Shown here one piece after another: positions 7,842-17,310 of a stretch of DNA of 34,710 nt. Position 1 is the stretch's first letter. Every line of letters begins with the position of its first letter. The notes below the pieces were generated by a model. It was not told the origin of the DNA and did no database searches. It worked only from the letters and a program-made list of their open reading frames with translations. The DNA comes from Verrucomicrobiota bacterium (GTDB lineage Bacteria > Verrucomicrobiota > Verrucomicrobiia > Limisphaerales > SXQI01): the NCBI GenBank assembly GCA_033762115.1, contig JANRLX010000100.1, positions 1 to 34,710 of the forward strand. Direction: 5' to 3'. The position numbers and the translations under genes are program-made.

Positions 7842-10192
7842 CGGAAATGGGGGAACGGGTGATAGGCCCCTCCACCAAACTGGGGATTATTCGCGTTTTC
7901 CTGAAGCAACCGCTCCTTGGTTTCCAACGGCAGTGAAGAGCTATTGATCCAGGCCCTCGCCGCTTCGGGGTCCTCGTTCAGCCATTGCCTGCCGCTATTT
8001 TCCATTCTCATGTTCCGTTCCGATTCATCCGCAAGTGACTCAGCCCATTGGGCGGCGGTTTCGGGATGATTGTAGGTGATTGAATCAATGAAAGCTCCCA
8101 CTGCTTTCTCCCGGCCCTGTCCGTTTGGAAGAGTGGTCAACCATTCGCCGGTTGCCACCGGGTCTTGCTGGGCCCATTGAGAAGCAAGAGTCTCCATGAC
8201 GTGAAGTTTTGTGCTTCCTTCCGGGAATTGCATCACCCAGTCTTTGGCCAAACCAGGATCCGTATTTGCCCATTGGCTGACGACGCTCGGCACAAAAATG
8301 CTTTGCAGGTTTTCATCATTCAAAGAAGCAACAAATGCTGCCGCCTGGTCCGGAGCTGCGCCTGCCCAGGTGCTGATGGCAGCACCCAACGCGGTTGTCA
8401 TGAGTGGACCCTCAGGCATCTGTTGCGCCTGGGCAATCGCCGCGGAAGGATTATCCCCTGCCCAGCTTGAAAAAATATTGGGAATCAGATTTTGCTGCTC
8501 CCTCTCCGTGAGTGTCATCACATGATTATACGCCCCCGTGGGATCTGACTGCGCCCATTGATAACTCAGGCTTTGGAACATCTGTTCCCGCTCCCGGCCT
8601 GCAGGCACCTCCTTTAAATACGCAATTGCCGAATCCAGGTCTTCATTCCCCCATTGGGACATCATGCTGGAAAGAACATTTGCCCGTTGCTGACCTGAAG
8701 AAATAGTATAAGCCAGTTCCATTGCTGCCACCGGATCTTTGCTGACCAAAGCATAACCCATGCGTTGAATTGCCCCCGCCTTGGTCGTGGATGACTCAAG
8801 CCCGTTCAGCCAGTTCATTGCGCCTTGCAGGTCCGATTCCGCCCAGACCGAAGCCACATTGGCGATGACGTCAGTTTTCATATGGCCAGTCATCTGGTTT
8901 GCGAGCATTGCAGCCTTGGCCGGATCCCTCATAGCTATCGCACTGATCACCTGTTGCAGCGCCTGTTTCTGTTGATTTCCGGACAAGCTGCGGCTCCATT
9001 CCAAGGCGGCATCCGGATCGATTGCTGCCCACTGCCCCGCAAGAGTCGGAAGGAAGCCGGTCGCGGAAGGCTTGGAAAGAGAACTGAAATATTCAGCTGC
9101 AGCTTTTGGATCAGTTTGTGCCCATTGATAACCCAACCCGTTTAATGCATGATCCTTCAGCCGACCATCGGGCATCGATTTTACCCAATTCAAAGCCCCT
9201 TCCAGATCCATCGTCGCCCAATGTGTGGCAATGGAATTCACAATGCTGCTGCGCATTTGGGGACTGATGTCTTCGTTCAACAGCGCCGCGGCTCCTTCGG
9301 GATCGTTCCGGTTAAGCTGGTTCAAATAAAGTCCCATCGCCTGCCGTTTAACAGTTTTATCAGGCAATGTTCGAATCCACGCCAGGGCGCCTTTGGCATC
9401 CGATTCTGTCCAATTGTATAAAATGCCATCGAGAATCCCTGCCCGCTCATTCCCCTTCACATGGAGGAGAACTGCGTTGGCGGCCGCGATTGGGTCATGC
9501 TGGGCCCAGGTGGTGAAGAGGGGATAATAAATGGTATTGCGATTTCCAGAACCGGCAGTGCGTGCAAATTCAAGCGCCAGTTCAGGGTTTTCCCTGGTCA
9601 TATGAGGGATCAACACCTGCAAGGCCATCGTTTTGAATTGTCCATTGGGAGAAGCCTTGATATAATCAATGACAGCGGCCTGATCGCTGTTGAGCCATTC
9701 CCTGATCACCTCCACCCGCGCCTGTGCCTGCAAATCGGGACTTTGAATGGTCAGGGCATAATCCATTGCGCCAATGGGATCAACCTTGGCCCATCGCCCC
9801 AACATCGGGTTAATAATGAGGTCTTTACGCAAAGGCCCCTTAACTGATTCGACTAATTTTACGAGTTCAGGAATGTCCTTCGGATCAAGTCGGTTCACCC
9901 ATTGATAAAGTTCAGTGTTCCTCTGGGAAAAAGGCCTGATCGCCAGCAACCTGTTGAACTCATCCGTTGCTTCCGCAAAACCCAGGACCGAGGTTTCGGA
10001 AGGAACCGTTGATTCCACCTGCTTTGGTGGAGTAGCCAGAGGACGCTTTTGACCAAACGCCTTCGCGGCAGTCGCATTGGAGGGTGCGGGTGGAACAACC
10101 GCGCCAGCGGGGCGGCGGGATGTCCATCCCCAGTGAGCAGCAAAACCAATCATACCCGCCAGCAAGTACCCAATCAGCGTTGGAGCCTTCAT
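7838..10192 (-). CDS. Membrane-anchored alpha-solenoid (HEAT-like) repeat protein with W-x3-DP-x-AA repeats
   Basis: N-terminal hydrophobic anchor MKAPTLIGYLLAGMIGFAAHW; many ~37-38-aa repeats (WAKVDPIGA, WAQHDPIAA, WAQTDPKAA, WAAIDPDAA, WAQSDPTGA, WAQQDPVAT, WLNEDPEAA). Start moved to ATG 10192. Confidence 0.85.
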   Translation of the reverse strand: MKAPTLIGYLLAGMIGFAAHWGWTSRRPAGAVVPPAPSNATAAKAFGQKRPLATPPKQVESTVPSETSVLGFAEATDEFNRLLAIRPFSQRNTELYQWVNRLDPKDIPELVKLVESVKGPLRKDLIINPMLGRWAKVDPIGAMDYALTIQSPDLQAQARVEVIREWLNSDQAAVIDYIKASPNGQFKTMALQVLIPHMTRENPELALEFARTAGSGNRNTIYYPLFTTWAQHDPIAAANAVLLHVKGNERAGILDGILYNWTESDAKGALAWIRTLPDKTVKRQAMGLYLNQLNRNDPEGAAALLNEDISPQMRSSIVNSIATHWATMDLEGALNWVKSMPDGRLKDHALNGLGYQWAQTDPKAAAEYFSSLSKPSATGFLPTLAGQWAAIDPDAALEWSRSLSGNQQKQALQQVISAIAMRDPAKAAMLANQMTGHMKTDVIANVASVWAESDLQGAMNWLNGLESSTTKAGAIQRMGYALVSKDPVAAMELAYTISSGQQRANVLSSMMSQWGNEDLDSAIAYLKEVPAGREREQMFQSLSYQWAQSDPTGAYNHVMTLTEREQQNLIPNIFSSWAGDNPSAAIAQAQQMPEGPLMTTALGAAISTWAGAAPDQAAAFVASLNDENLQSIFVPSVVSQWANTDPGLAKDWVMQFPEGSTKLHVMETLASQWAQQDPVATGEWLTTLPNGQGREKAVGAFIDSITYNHPETAAQWAESLADESERNMRMENSGRQWLNEDPEAARAWINSSSLPLETKERLLQENANNPQFGGGAYHPFPHFR

Positions 10193-10421
10193 ATTTGGAA
10201 ACGTAGGGAAAAGGATATACCCGCTTTTTGGACATATCCATTCCCAAATCGTTCGAGAGTTTTCGGATTCTTGGTCCTGACCGGGGGAATTAGCGGCCCT
10301 TCCCGCAATCTGTTGAAAAGAAATAGACAAAACCGCTTCTCATGGGATGCTTTTCCTGAAATAAACAGCATCTTTCATCCAAGGGAATCTGACATTTACG
10401 GTTTATTCGGAGTTTAGTTGC

Positions 10422-11525
10422 ATGCAGAAGCACATTTTTATTTTGGCGGGATTGGTTCTCATTTCCGGAGTCTTCTCAGGCTGTGGCAAAAAGGCCGGCC
10501 CCGGAGCGGGACAGGCCCCTGCTCCACAGGTTATAGCGGCCACCCCCAAACGACAGACAGTTGCAGAAACCCTCTCCCTCGTCGGCACCATCAATGCAGA
10601 TGAGATGGTTGAACTCAGATCGGAGACCGATGGCATCGTGGAGGAGATCAATTTCAAGGAAGGACAGCGGGTTGAAAAAGGGAACCTGCTGGTTCGGCTG
10701 GATGAATCAAAGTTCGCCGCCCTCGTTGAGGAGGGTGAAGCCAATTTCAAGCTCAGCCAGGCGAATTATGATCGAGCCAAACAGTTGTATAATGACAAGT
10801 TGATTTCCCAGCAGGAATTTGATCAGGCCGCTTCTGTTTATGCTGTCAGCCGTGCTTCACTGGAACTTAACAAACGGCAACTCAGGGATGCCCGCATTCT
10901 GGCCCCATTTTCCGGAATCGTCAGTGCACGCAACATCAGCCCCGGCCAGGTCATCACCAAAAATTCAACCCTCACCTGGATTATTGACATGGACCCTGTG
11001 AAGGTGGAGTTCAATGTTCCGGAACGATTCGTCAGCCAGCTTAAGGTCGGGCAGAAAATCGATGTAAAAGTGGCCACCTTTCAGGACCGCACTTTTTCCG
11101 GGACGGTCTTTTTTGTCTCCCCTTTTGTCAATCCCACCAATCGTAGCGCCCAGGTAAAAGCAGAAATTCCCAATAAGGAATTCCTGCTCAAACCAGGGAT
11201 GTTTGCTAACCTCGACCTTACCTTGACCGTGCGGGAAAATTCATTGGTGATCCCGGAAACCTCGCTCGCGCAGGTCCTCGACCGCGACAAGGCAATGGTC
11301 TTCGTTGTGGACGCTCAGGGAAACGCGCAAATCCGGCAGGTGGGCCTGGGCATTCGCCTGCCGGGGTTGGTCGAAATCGTCAGTGGTGTCACGGAAAATG
11401 AAGTCGTGATCATTGAAGGTGTTCAAAAAGCCATTCCGGGCAAGCCTGTGCGGGTTGTGCCTCCGGACGCCCCGACAAATAACCGCCCGGAAACCACCCC
11501 TGTCGATACTGCCAAACGTTCATGA
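10422..11525 (+). CDS. RND efflux periplasmic adaptor (membrane fusion lipoprotein)
   Basis: Lipobox FSGC; EGQRVEKGNLLVRLD, APFSGIV and LKPGMFA motifs. Confidence 0.95.
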   Translation: MQKHIFILAGLVLISGVFSGCGKKAGPGAGQAPAPQVIAATPKRQTVAETLSLVGTINADEMVELRSETDGIVEEINFKEGQRVEKGNLLVRLDESKFAALVEEGEANFKLSQANYDRAKQLYNDKLISQQEFDQAASVYAVSRASLELNKRQLRDARILAPFSGIVSARNISPGQVITKNSTLTWIIDMDPVKVEFNVPERFVSQLKVGQKIDVKVATFQDRTFSGTVFFVSPFVNPTNRSAQVKAEIPNKEFLLKPGMFANLDLTLTVRENSLVIPETSLAQVLDRDKAMVFVVDAQGNAQIRQVGLGIRLPGLVEIVSGVTENEVVIIEGVQKAIPGKPVRVVPPDAPTNNRPETTPVDTAKRS

Positions 11526-14500
11526 ACCTTCCACGCATCAGTATTTCCCGCCCGGTGCTGGCGTCAATGATGAGCCTTGCACTGGTGCTCTTTGGCATTA
11601 TCAGCATTACCCGCCTTCCCGTTCGAGAGCTGCCGGACATCGATCCCCCCATCGTCAGCGTCACCACCGTTTACCCAGGCGCCAATGCTGCGGTCGTTGA
11701 AACAGAAGTCAGCGAACGTCTCGAGGAAGCAATCAATAACATTGAGGGAATCAAGACACTCAGCAGCCAGAGCCGTGAGCAGGTCAGCAACATCACTATT
11801 GAATTCGATCTTTCACGGGACATTGACCTTGCCGCGCAGGATGTCAGGGACCGTGTCTCCCGCGTCCGGGGGAACCTGCCGGAAACCATTGATGAACCAA
11901 TCGTCGCCAAACAGGATGCCGATGCCAATCCGGTGATCTGGGTGGGAGTCAACAGTGATCGCTATTCCGCCCTTGAATTGACCACGCTTGCCGAGAAACA
12001 GATCAAGAACAGGTTTCAAACTGTCCGTGGCGTTTCCTCCGTCATCATTGGTGGCGAGCAACGGTTTGCCATGCGCCTCTGGCTGGACGCTGAAAAAATG
12101 GCAGCCCACCAGATCACGGTCCTGGATGTCCAGCGTGCGCTTCGTCAACAGAACGTTGAATTGCCGAGCGGGCGTGTTGAAAACCTCGAACGTGAAATGA
12201 CCATCCAGACCCGCGGAGAACTCAAGACTGATACCGAGTTCAACGACCTGGTGTTGCGAAATGATGGCGTCAAGGTGGTCCGTCTAAGGGATGTCGGCGA
12301 GGCAAAGACTGGCGTGGAAAACGAACGCACCCGCGCTCGCACCAATGGCAAACCATGTATTTTCCTCGGTATTGTCAAGCAATCAAAGGCCAACACCGTT
12401 GAAGTTGCCCAGGGGATCAAGAGGGAACTTGAGGCGATCAAGCAAAGCCTCCCGCCTGGAATCAATACGGTTATTAATTATGACGAATCGATTTACGTCG
12501 AGCATGCCATCCAGGAAGTCTGGATCACCCTGGCAATTGCATTCGCGCTTGTGGTAATCGTCATCTTTTTGTTCCTGCGCGACCTGCGCTCCACGCTCAT
12601 TCCCGCAGTCGCCATTCCCGTCTCGATCATCGCCACCTTTGCCCTGCTCCAGACGCTTGGCTACTCAATCAACATCCTGACAATGCTTGCCCTGGTGCTC
12701 TCAATCGGAATCGTTGTGGATGATGCCATCGTGGTGCTGGAGAATATCTACCGGCATATCGAATTGGGTGAAACTCCGCTCAAGGCTGCCTACAAGGCGA
12801 TGGACGAAATCGCTTTTGCCGTGATTGCAATCACCATTGCGCTGGTCGCAGTGTTCCTGCCGCTTGCATTTCAGAAGAGCACCACTGGCCGCCTTTTCGT
12901 TGAATTTGCCGTCGCCGTTGCAGGTTCGGTGATCATCTCAGCTTTCGTCGCCCTGTCGCTCTCACCCATGATGGCAGCGCGCATTCTTAAGCCAATCCAC
13001 GAAACCCGTCACAATTTTATTATCAGGCTTTTTGAACGGATGCTTGGAAGAGTGACTCGCTTTTATGAACGGACCTTGCGTTGGTCACTCGCTCACCGTG
13101 CCTTTGTCCTGCTCGCAGGTGTGGCAAGCCTCGCGATCATGGTTTTTTTCATGGGACGATTGGACAGTGAATTCCTCCCCGAGGAAGACAAGGGGCGGCT
13201 GCTGGCCTTCATCGTGGCTCCGGAAGGATCGACGACTGAATACACAGACCGCATGGTCAGGGAGGCGGAATCCATACTAACGACTGTCCCTGAAATCCAG
13301 TCCTACGGAGCTGTCGTGGCTCCTGGATTCAGCGGCCCGGGACAAGCCAACAGCGGGATCGTCTTCATCCGCCTCAAGGATGATCGTGAACGCTCCGTGC
13401 AGGAAATCGTGAACGGGCCAAATGGGCTTCGCGCCAAATATTTTAACAATATCGAGGGAGCGCTCGCGATCCTTCAGATACCGAAGGCAATTGGCCGCAG
13501 TTTTTCCTCCCCATTTCAAATCGTGATTCAGGGACAGGACCTCGATCTCCTCAATGATTACTCTGCAAAGCTCGCTAACAAACTTCGTGCCACCGGCATG
13601 TTCCTCAATGTCCGCTCCTCTTTTGAAGTCAACAAACCGGAGCTTCAGATCAATATTGACCGCGACCGCGCAGCCGTTCTCGGCGTTTCCATTGAGGACG
13701 TCTCCCGCACCTTGCAAATTATGTTCGGCGGACTCGAACTCAGCCGGATCAAAATGGAGGGGAAGGAATACGAAGTCATCGCGCAATTGGCCCGGGCTTC
13801 AAGAACAACCCCCCAGGACCTCGATAAACTTTATGTTCGCAATGCCTCAGGCGAATTGATCCAGCTAAGCAACCTGGTTTCACGAGAGGCTGGCGCTGCC
13901 CCCAATGTCATTGAACATTACAACCGCCTGCGAAGTTCCACCATTTCCGCAAGTCTGGCAGGCATTCCCATGGGCACTGCCATACAGCGGGCCGAGGAGT
14001 TGTTAAAGGATGATTTGCCACCCGGCTTTCTCTATGACTGGGCGGGTGAATCTCGTGACCTGCGTGAAGCCGGGCAGGAAGTGTGGTGGGTCCTTGGTTT
14101 GGCGCTGATTATTGTTTACATGGTGCTGGCCGCGCAGTTCGAAAGCCTCCTGCATCCATTTACCGTCATGCTCGCCGTGCCGCTCGCCGGCCTGGGCGCG
14201 TTTGGTTTGCTCTGGCTGGTCGGCACCCTCAGCAACGCAGGCATCCTTCCGACCATTCCCGCCATGAACATCAACCTTTTTAGCCAGATTGGACTGATCC
14301 TGCTGGTTGGACTGGTCACGAAAAACTCGATTCTACTGGTTGAATTTGCCAATCAGGAAATGGCCAGGGGTGTTCCTGCCCATGAAGCGATGCTTCAGGC
14401 AGGGATCGTTCGTCTGCGCCCCATCCTGATGACCGCTTTCTCGACCATTGCCGGTATTATTCCAATTGCAATTGGATTTGGCGCGGGAGCGGAAAGCCGC

Positions 14501-14662
14501 CGTCCCATGGGAATGGCAGTGGTGGGCGGGATGATCTCAAGCACTGTTCTCACGCTCCTGATCATTCCTGTGGTTTACACCGCATTAAGTGATCTCGGTG
14601 CGTGGCTGCGACGCCCTCGGACCACCAGATCACCTGAACTGGTCGAAATCCACGGCAAATAA
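11522..14662 (+). CDS. RND efflux permease, AcrB/AcrD/AcrF (HAE1) family
   Basis: 1046 aa; GIVVDDAIVVLENI, GLVTKNSILLVEFA and RLRPILMT motifs; ATGA overlap with the adaptor gene. Confidence 0.97.
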   Translation: MNLPRISISRPVLASMMSLALVLFGIISITRLPVRELPDIDPPIVSVTTVYPGANAAVVETEVSERLEEAINNIEGIKTLSSQSREQVSNITIEFDLSRDIDLAAQDVRDRVSRVRGNLPETIDEPIVAKQDADANPVIWVGVNSDRYSALELTTLAEKQIKNRFQTVRGVSSVIIGGEQRFAMRLWLDAEKMAAHQITVLDVQRALRQQNVELPSGRVENLEREMTIQTRGELKTDTEFNDLVLRNDGVKVVRLRDVGEAKTGVENERTRARTNGKPCIFLGIVKQSKANTVEVAQGIKRELEAIKQSLPPGINTVINYDESIYVEHAIQEVWITLAIAFALVVIVIFLFLRDLRSTLIPAVAIPVSIIATFALLQTLGYSINILTMLALVLSIGIVVDDAIVVLENIYRHIELGETPLKAAYKAMDEIAFAVIAITIALVAVFLPLAFQKSTTGRLFVEFAVAVAGSVIISAFVALSLSPMMAARILKPIHETRHNFIIRLFERMLGRVTRFYERTLRWSLAHRAFVLLAGVASLAIMVFFMGRLDSEFLPEEDKGRLLAFIVAPEGSTTEYTDRMVREAESILTTVPEIQSYGAVVAPGFSGPGQANSGIVFIRLKDDRERSVQEIVNGPNGLRAKYFNNIEGALAILQIPKAIGRSFSSPFQIVIQGQDLDLLNDYSAKLANKLRATGMFLNVRSSFEVNKPELQINIDRDRAAVLGVSIEDVSRTLQIMFGGLELSRIKMEGKEYEVIAQLARASRTTPQDLDKLYVRNASGELIQLSNLVSREAGAAPNVIEHYNRLRSSTISASLAGIPMGTAIQRAEELLKDDLPPGFLYDWAGESRDLREAGQEVWWVLGLALIIVYMVLAAQFESLLHPFTVMLAVPLAGLGAFGLLWLVGTLSNAGILPTIPAMNINLFSQIGLILLVGLVTKNSILLVEFANQEMARGVPAHEAMLQAGIVRLRPILMTAFSTIAGIIPIAIGFGAGAESRRPMGMAVVGGMISSTVLTLLIIPVVYTALSDLGAWLRRPRTTRSPELVEIHGK

Positions 14663-14689
14663 AAAAGCCCGGTTTGATCAAAACCGGGC
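14661..14689 (-). terminator. Rho-independent terminator for the minus-strand small lipoprotein gene
   Basis: A6 then GCCCGGTTT-GATCA-AAACCGGGC; the U-tract is on the minus strand. Confidence 0.8.
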
Positions 14690-14712
14690 CGGCAAAGAAT
14701 CCAGGATCGACC

Positions 14713-14835
14713 TTACTGATTCGTGCTGGTTGTTGAGTTCGTGCTTGTGGTGCCGGATGATGTGGAATTGTCCGTTGATTGGCCACAGCCAACCATGACC
14801 AGTGCGATTGATAATACCATCAATAATTTTTTCAT
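14713..14835 (-). CDS. 40-aa Ser/Thr/Asn-rich small lipoprotein (absent from the ORF track)
   Basis: MKKLLMVLSIALVMVG|CGQSTDNSTSSGTTSTNSTTSTNQ*; upstream RBS AAAGGGA, a lipobox and a downstream terminator. Confidence 0.85.
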   Translation of the reverse strand: MKKLLMVLSIALVMVGCGQSTDNSTSSGTTSTNSTTSTNQ

Positions 14836-15030
14836 ATATCCCTTTGTTAACCTTCCAGCCAACAATGCCCGGAGCGGCCAAGCCCTGCCAATAGTATAAG
14901 TCCCTGATTCATTTCTAATGGAATCCCTTACGATTCCTTACTGTCGATTCTTGGCCACGCTGAACCGTTTTGAATGCTTCCACAGGCAAAAGAATAACAA
15001 AATACGGCTGAAAAGGCTCTTTTCTGTCCA

Positions 15031-15046
15031 TGGCATCCAGGCTGCT
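15031..15046 (+). promoter_or_regulatory. Putative sigma54 (-24/-12) promoter
   Basis: TGGCATCCAGGCTGCT = GG-N10-GC, about 70 nt upstream of the porin start. Confidence 0.6.
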
Positions 15047-15117
15047 AAACGGTTTTCGCCCGCGAGGAAACCAAAGGGACAACAACACTCTTCCAAGGGA
15101 GAGAAACCAAACCGCCA

Positions 15118-16524
15118 ATGACTCACAATATGGAGATCACCACCCGACCAAACTTCAATCTCATCCAAGGTGCGATTGCCATCGCAATGACCACCACTGC
15201 CTACTCACAAGTATTTAATTTGCCCGGGACCGGCCAACCCCCTGCCCCGCCCGCCCCGCCAAAGGTTGCCTCCACCAATGCTCCCGCGGTTGCGGCACCG
15301 GCGCCGACCCCTGGACCCGTTGGCAGCTTTTTTAATGTCAAAATCCCTGAAGCCCTCAGCAAAGGTAAATTTAATCTCAATGCACGCCTGCGTTATGAAT
15401 CGGTTGACCAGGATGGCGCTGCAGGGATTACCGATGATTCGAATGCGGCGACAATTCGAACACGCTTTGGTTATACCACCGCCCCCTTGTACGGCTTTCA
15501 AGGGATGCTGGAAGGAGAGAATGTCACCGTTATCGGTTCGAAAAATAATTTTAACGCCGCAGGCTCAAACGGCCAGGGGAGGCGTCCTGCCATCGCAGAT
15601 CCCGCGACTACCGAACTCAACCAGGCATGGGTGAGTTACACTTACACCAACCTCCTGACATTGAAGGGAGGCCGTCAACGGATCGCCCTCGACAACCATC
15701 GATTCATTGGCGATGTGGGATGGCGGCAAAATATGCAAACCTACGATGCGGTGACTGCTGAAAGCAAACCGTTGGCTGGGGTCTCCCTCTTTTACGGATA
15801 CATGTGGGAAGCAAACCGTGTCTTTGGCGATGTCTCAGGTCTCCCCGCTGGAAACCGCGATTTCAAATCGGACTCCCATCTTTTCAATGCCGCCTATACA
15901 GGCTGGAAATATGGCAAATTTGTCGGCTATACCTATCTGCTCGATCTGGAAAATGCTGCCGGGTTCGCCAATTCAGCGGCCACTTACGGCGGATATTTTG
16001 CTGGAATGACTCCGGTAACTGAAAAAATCAGTGTGAACTACAGAACCGAGCTGGCCTTCCAAACCGATTACGGAAGCAGTCTCTTGGATTACAGTGCCGA
16101 ATACTTCAACATTGAAGCAGGAGCCACCATGAAACCTTTTTCAGTTGGAGCTGGATATGAGTTATTGGGCAGTGACGACAATGACGGACCGGCAGGCGGA
16201 CTTGCCAGTTTCCGGACGCCTCTTGCAACTCTCCATGCCTTTAACGGCTGGGCTGATTCATTCCTCACCACACCACCCAATGGCCTGCGCGATGCCTATG
16301 TCTATGGACAGGTGGTCCTCCCCTGGCAGATGCCATTGCGAGTCGTGTGGCACAAGTATGACTCGGACAAGGGCAGCGTCGATTTCGGGAATGAGTTGAA
16401 TGCGATGATTTCCAAAAGTTGTGGGAAAAACTGGACGACCATGCTGAAATACGCCTACCACGATGGCAAAGGCACGCTTCCTGACACACAAAAATTTTGG
16501 GCCCAGGTCGAATTTAATTTCTAA
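15118..16524 (+). CDS. Alginate export (AlgE-like) family outer-membrane beta-barrel
   Basis: RLRYESVDQ, GRQRIALDNHRFIGDVGWRQN and FRTPLATLHAFNGWAD motifs; C-terminal aromatic beta-signal WAQVEFNF; Pro/Ala-rich N-terminal extension. Confidence 0.85.
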   Translation: MTHNMEITTRPNFNLIQGAIAIAMTTTAYSQVFNLPGTGQPPAPPAPPKVASTNAPAVAAPAPTPGPVGSFFNVKIPEALSKGKFNLNARLRYESVDQDGAAGITDDSNAATIRTRFGYTTAPLYGFQGMLEGENVTVIGSKNNFNAAGSNGQGRRPAIADPATTELNQAWVSYTYTNLLTLKGGRQRIALDNHRFIGDVGWRQNMQTYDAVTAESKPLAGVSLFYGYMWEANRVFGDVSGLPAGNRDFKSDSHLFNAAYTGWKYGKFVGYTYLLDLENAAGFANSAATYGGYFAGMTPVTEKISVNYRTELAFQTDYGSSLLDYSAEYFNIEAGATMKPFSVGAGYELLGSDDNDGPAGGLASFRTPLATLHAFNGWADSFLTTPPNGLRDAYVYGQVVLPWQMPLRVVWHKYDSDKGSVDFGNELNAMISKSCGKNWTTMLKYAYHDGKGTLPDTQKFWAQVEFNF

Positions 16525-16542
16525 CCACTGTTCGTTGCAGGG

Positions 16543-16582
16543 ACGGCACACGCTGGATTTCCAGCCTGTGCCGTTTCATTTT
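16543..16582 (+). terminator. Probable terminator hairpin after the porin gene
   Basis: ACGGCACA-C-GCTGG-ATTT-CCAGC-C-TGTGCCGT followed by TTCATTTT. Confidence 0.7.
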
Positions 16583-16598
16583 ACCCTTTTCCGTTCCC

Positions 16599-16626
16599 TT
16601 GACCCTCCCCCCAAAATCTATAGGCT
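16599..16626 (+). promoter_or_regulatory. Putative sigma70 promoter for rpe, near-leaderless
   Basis: TTGACC-N16-TAGGCT, 8 nt before ATG 16635; no Shine-Dalgarno. Confidence 0.5.
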
Positions 16627-16634
16627 CGCCCCCC

Positions 16635-17300
16635 ATGATCATTGCACCGTCTCTGCTCGCAGCTGATTTTGGGAAATTCGCCAAAGAAGCAGCGCGTATC
16701 GACCGTGCGGGGGCTGACTGGCTCCACCTGGACATCATGGATGGACATCTCGTGCCGAACATCTCCTTTGGCCCGGCGACAGTTTCCGCTGTGCGAAAAG
16801 TGACCAAATTGCCGTTCGATGTTCATTTGATGTGCTCGCGCCCGGAAATCCTTTTCGAACCGTTTGTTAAGGCCGGGGCTGACCGAATGACCATTCATGT
16901 GGAGCTTGGGCAGGCAGTGGATGGTTTGCTTTGGAAAATACGCTCCCTTGGAAAACCGGTCGGTCTGGCAATCAACCCTCCCACCTCCATCAATACGATC
17001 CTGCCTTACATTGAAAAGGTGAACCTCATCCTGATCATGACGGTCAACCCAGGCTTTGGCGGGCAGCCGTTTATTGAGGAAACCATACCCAAAATCCAGC
17101 AGGTCGCTGAATGGCGGAGCAAACGCGGGTTGAAATTTCATATTGAGGTGGATGGAGGAATCAATTACCAGACTGCTGCCGAATGCGCCCGGGCTGGAGC
17201 AGATTGCTTTGTAAGCGGAACTGGACTTCTGGCCCATGGAAATCTAAAGTCCGCGATCAAAAAAATGCGGAAGATCGTAACTGATTCCGCTCGGCTTTGA
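16635..17300 (+). CDS. rpe: Ribulose-phosphate 3-epimerase
   Basis: IAPSLLAAD, HLDIMDGH, DVHLM, MTVNPGFGGQ and EVDGG motifs. Confidence 0.98.
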   Translation: MIIAPSLLAADFGKFAKEAARIDRAGADWLHLDIMDGHLVPNISFGPATVSAVRKVTKLPFDVHLMCSRPEILFEPFVKAGADRMTIHVELGQAVDGLLWKIRSLGKPVGLAINPPTSINTILPYIEKVNLILIMTVNPGFGGQPFIEETIPKIQQVAEWRSKRGLKFHIEVDGGINYQTAAECARAGADCFVSGTGLLAHGNLKSAIKKMRKIVTDSARL

Positions 17301-17310
17301 CATTTTCTTT

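Noticed and set aside
10387..10414. dif-like sequence (minus strand ACTCCGAATAA-ACCGT-AAATGTCAGAT) near the apparent skew switch
   Set aside because: The spacer is 5 rather than 6 bp and the XerD arm lacks the conserved TTATG; not supportable without a profile search.
15047..15117. Two small hairpins in the porin leader as an ANTAR-binding RNA motif
   Set aside because: The loops do not fit the tandem hexaloop pattern, and no terminator overlaps the second hairpin.
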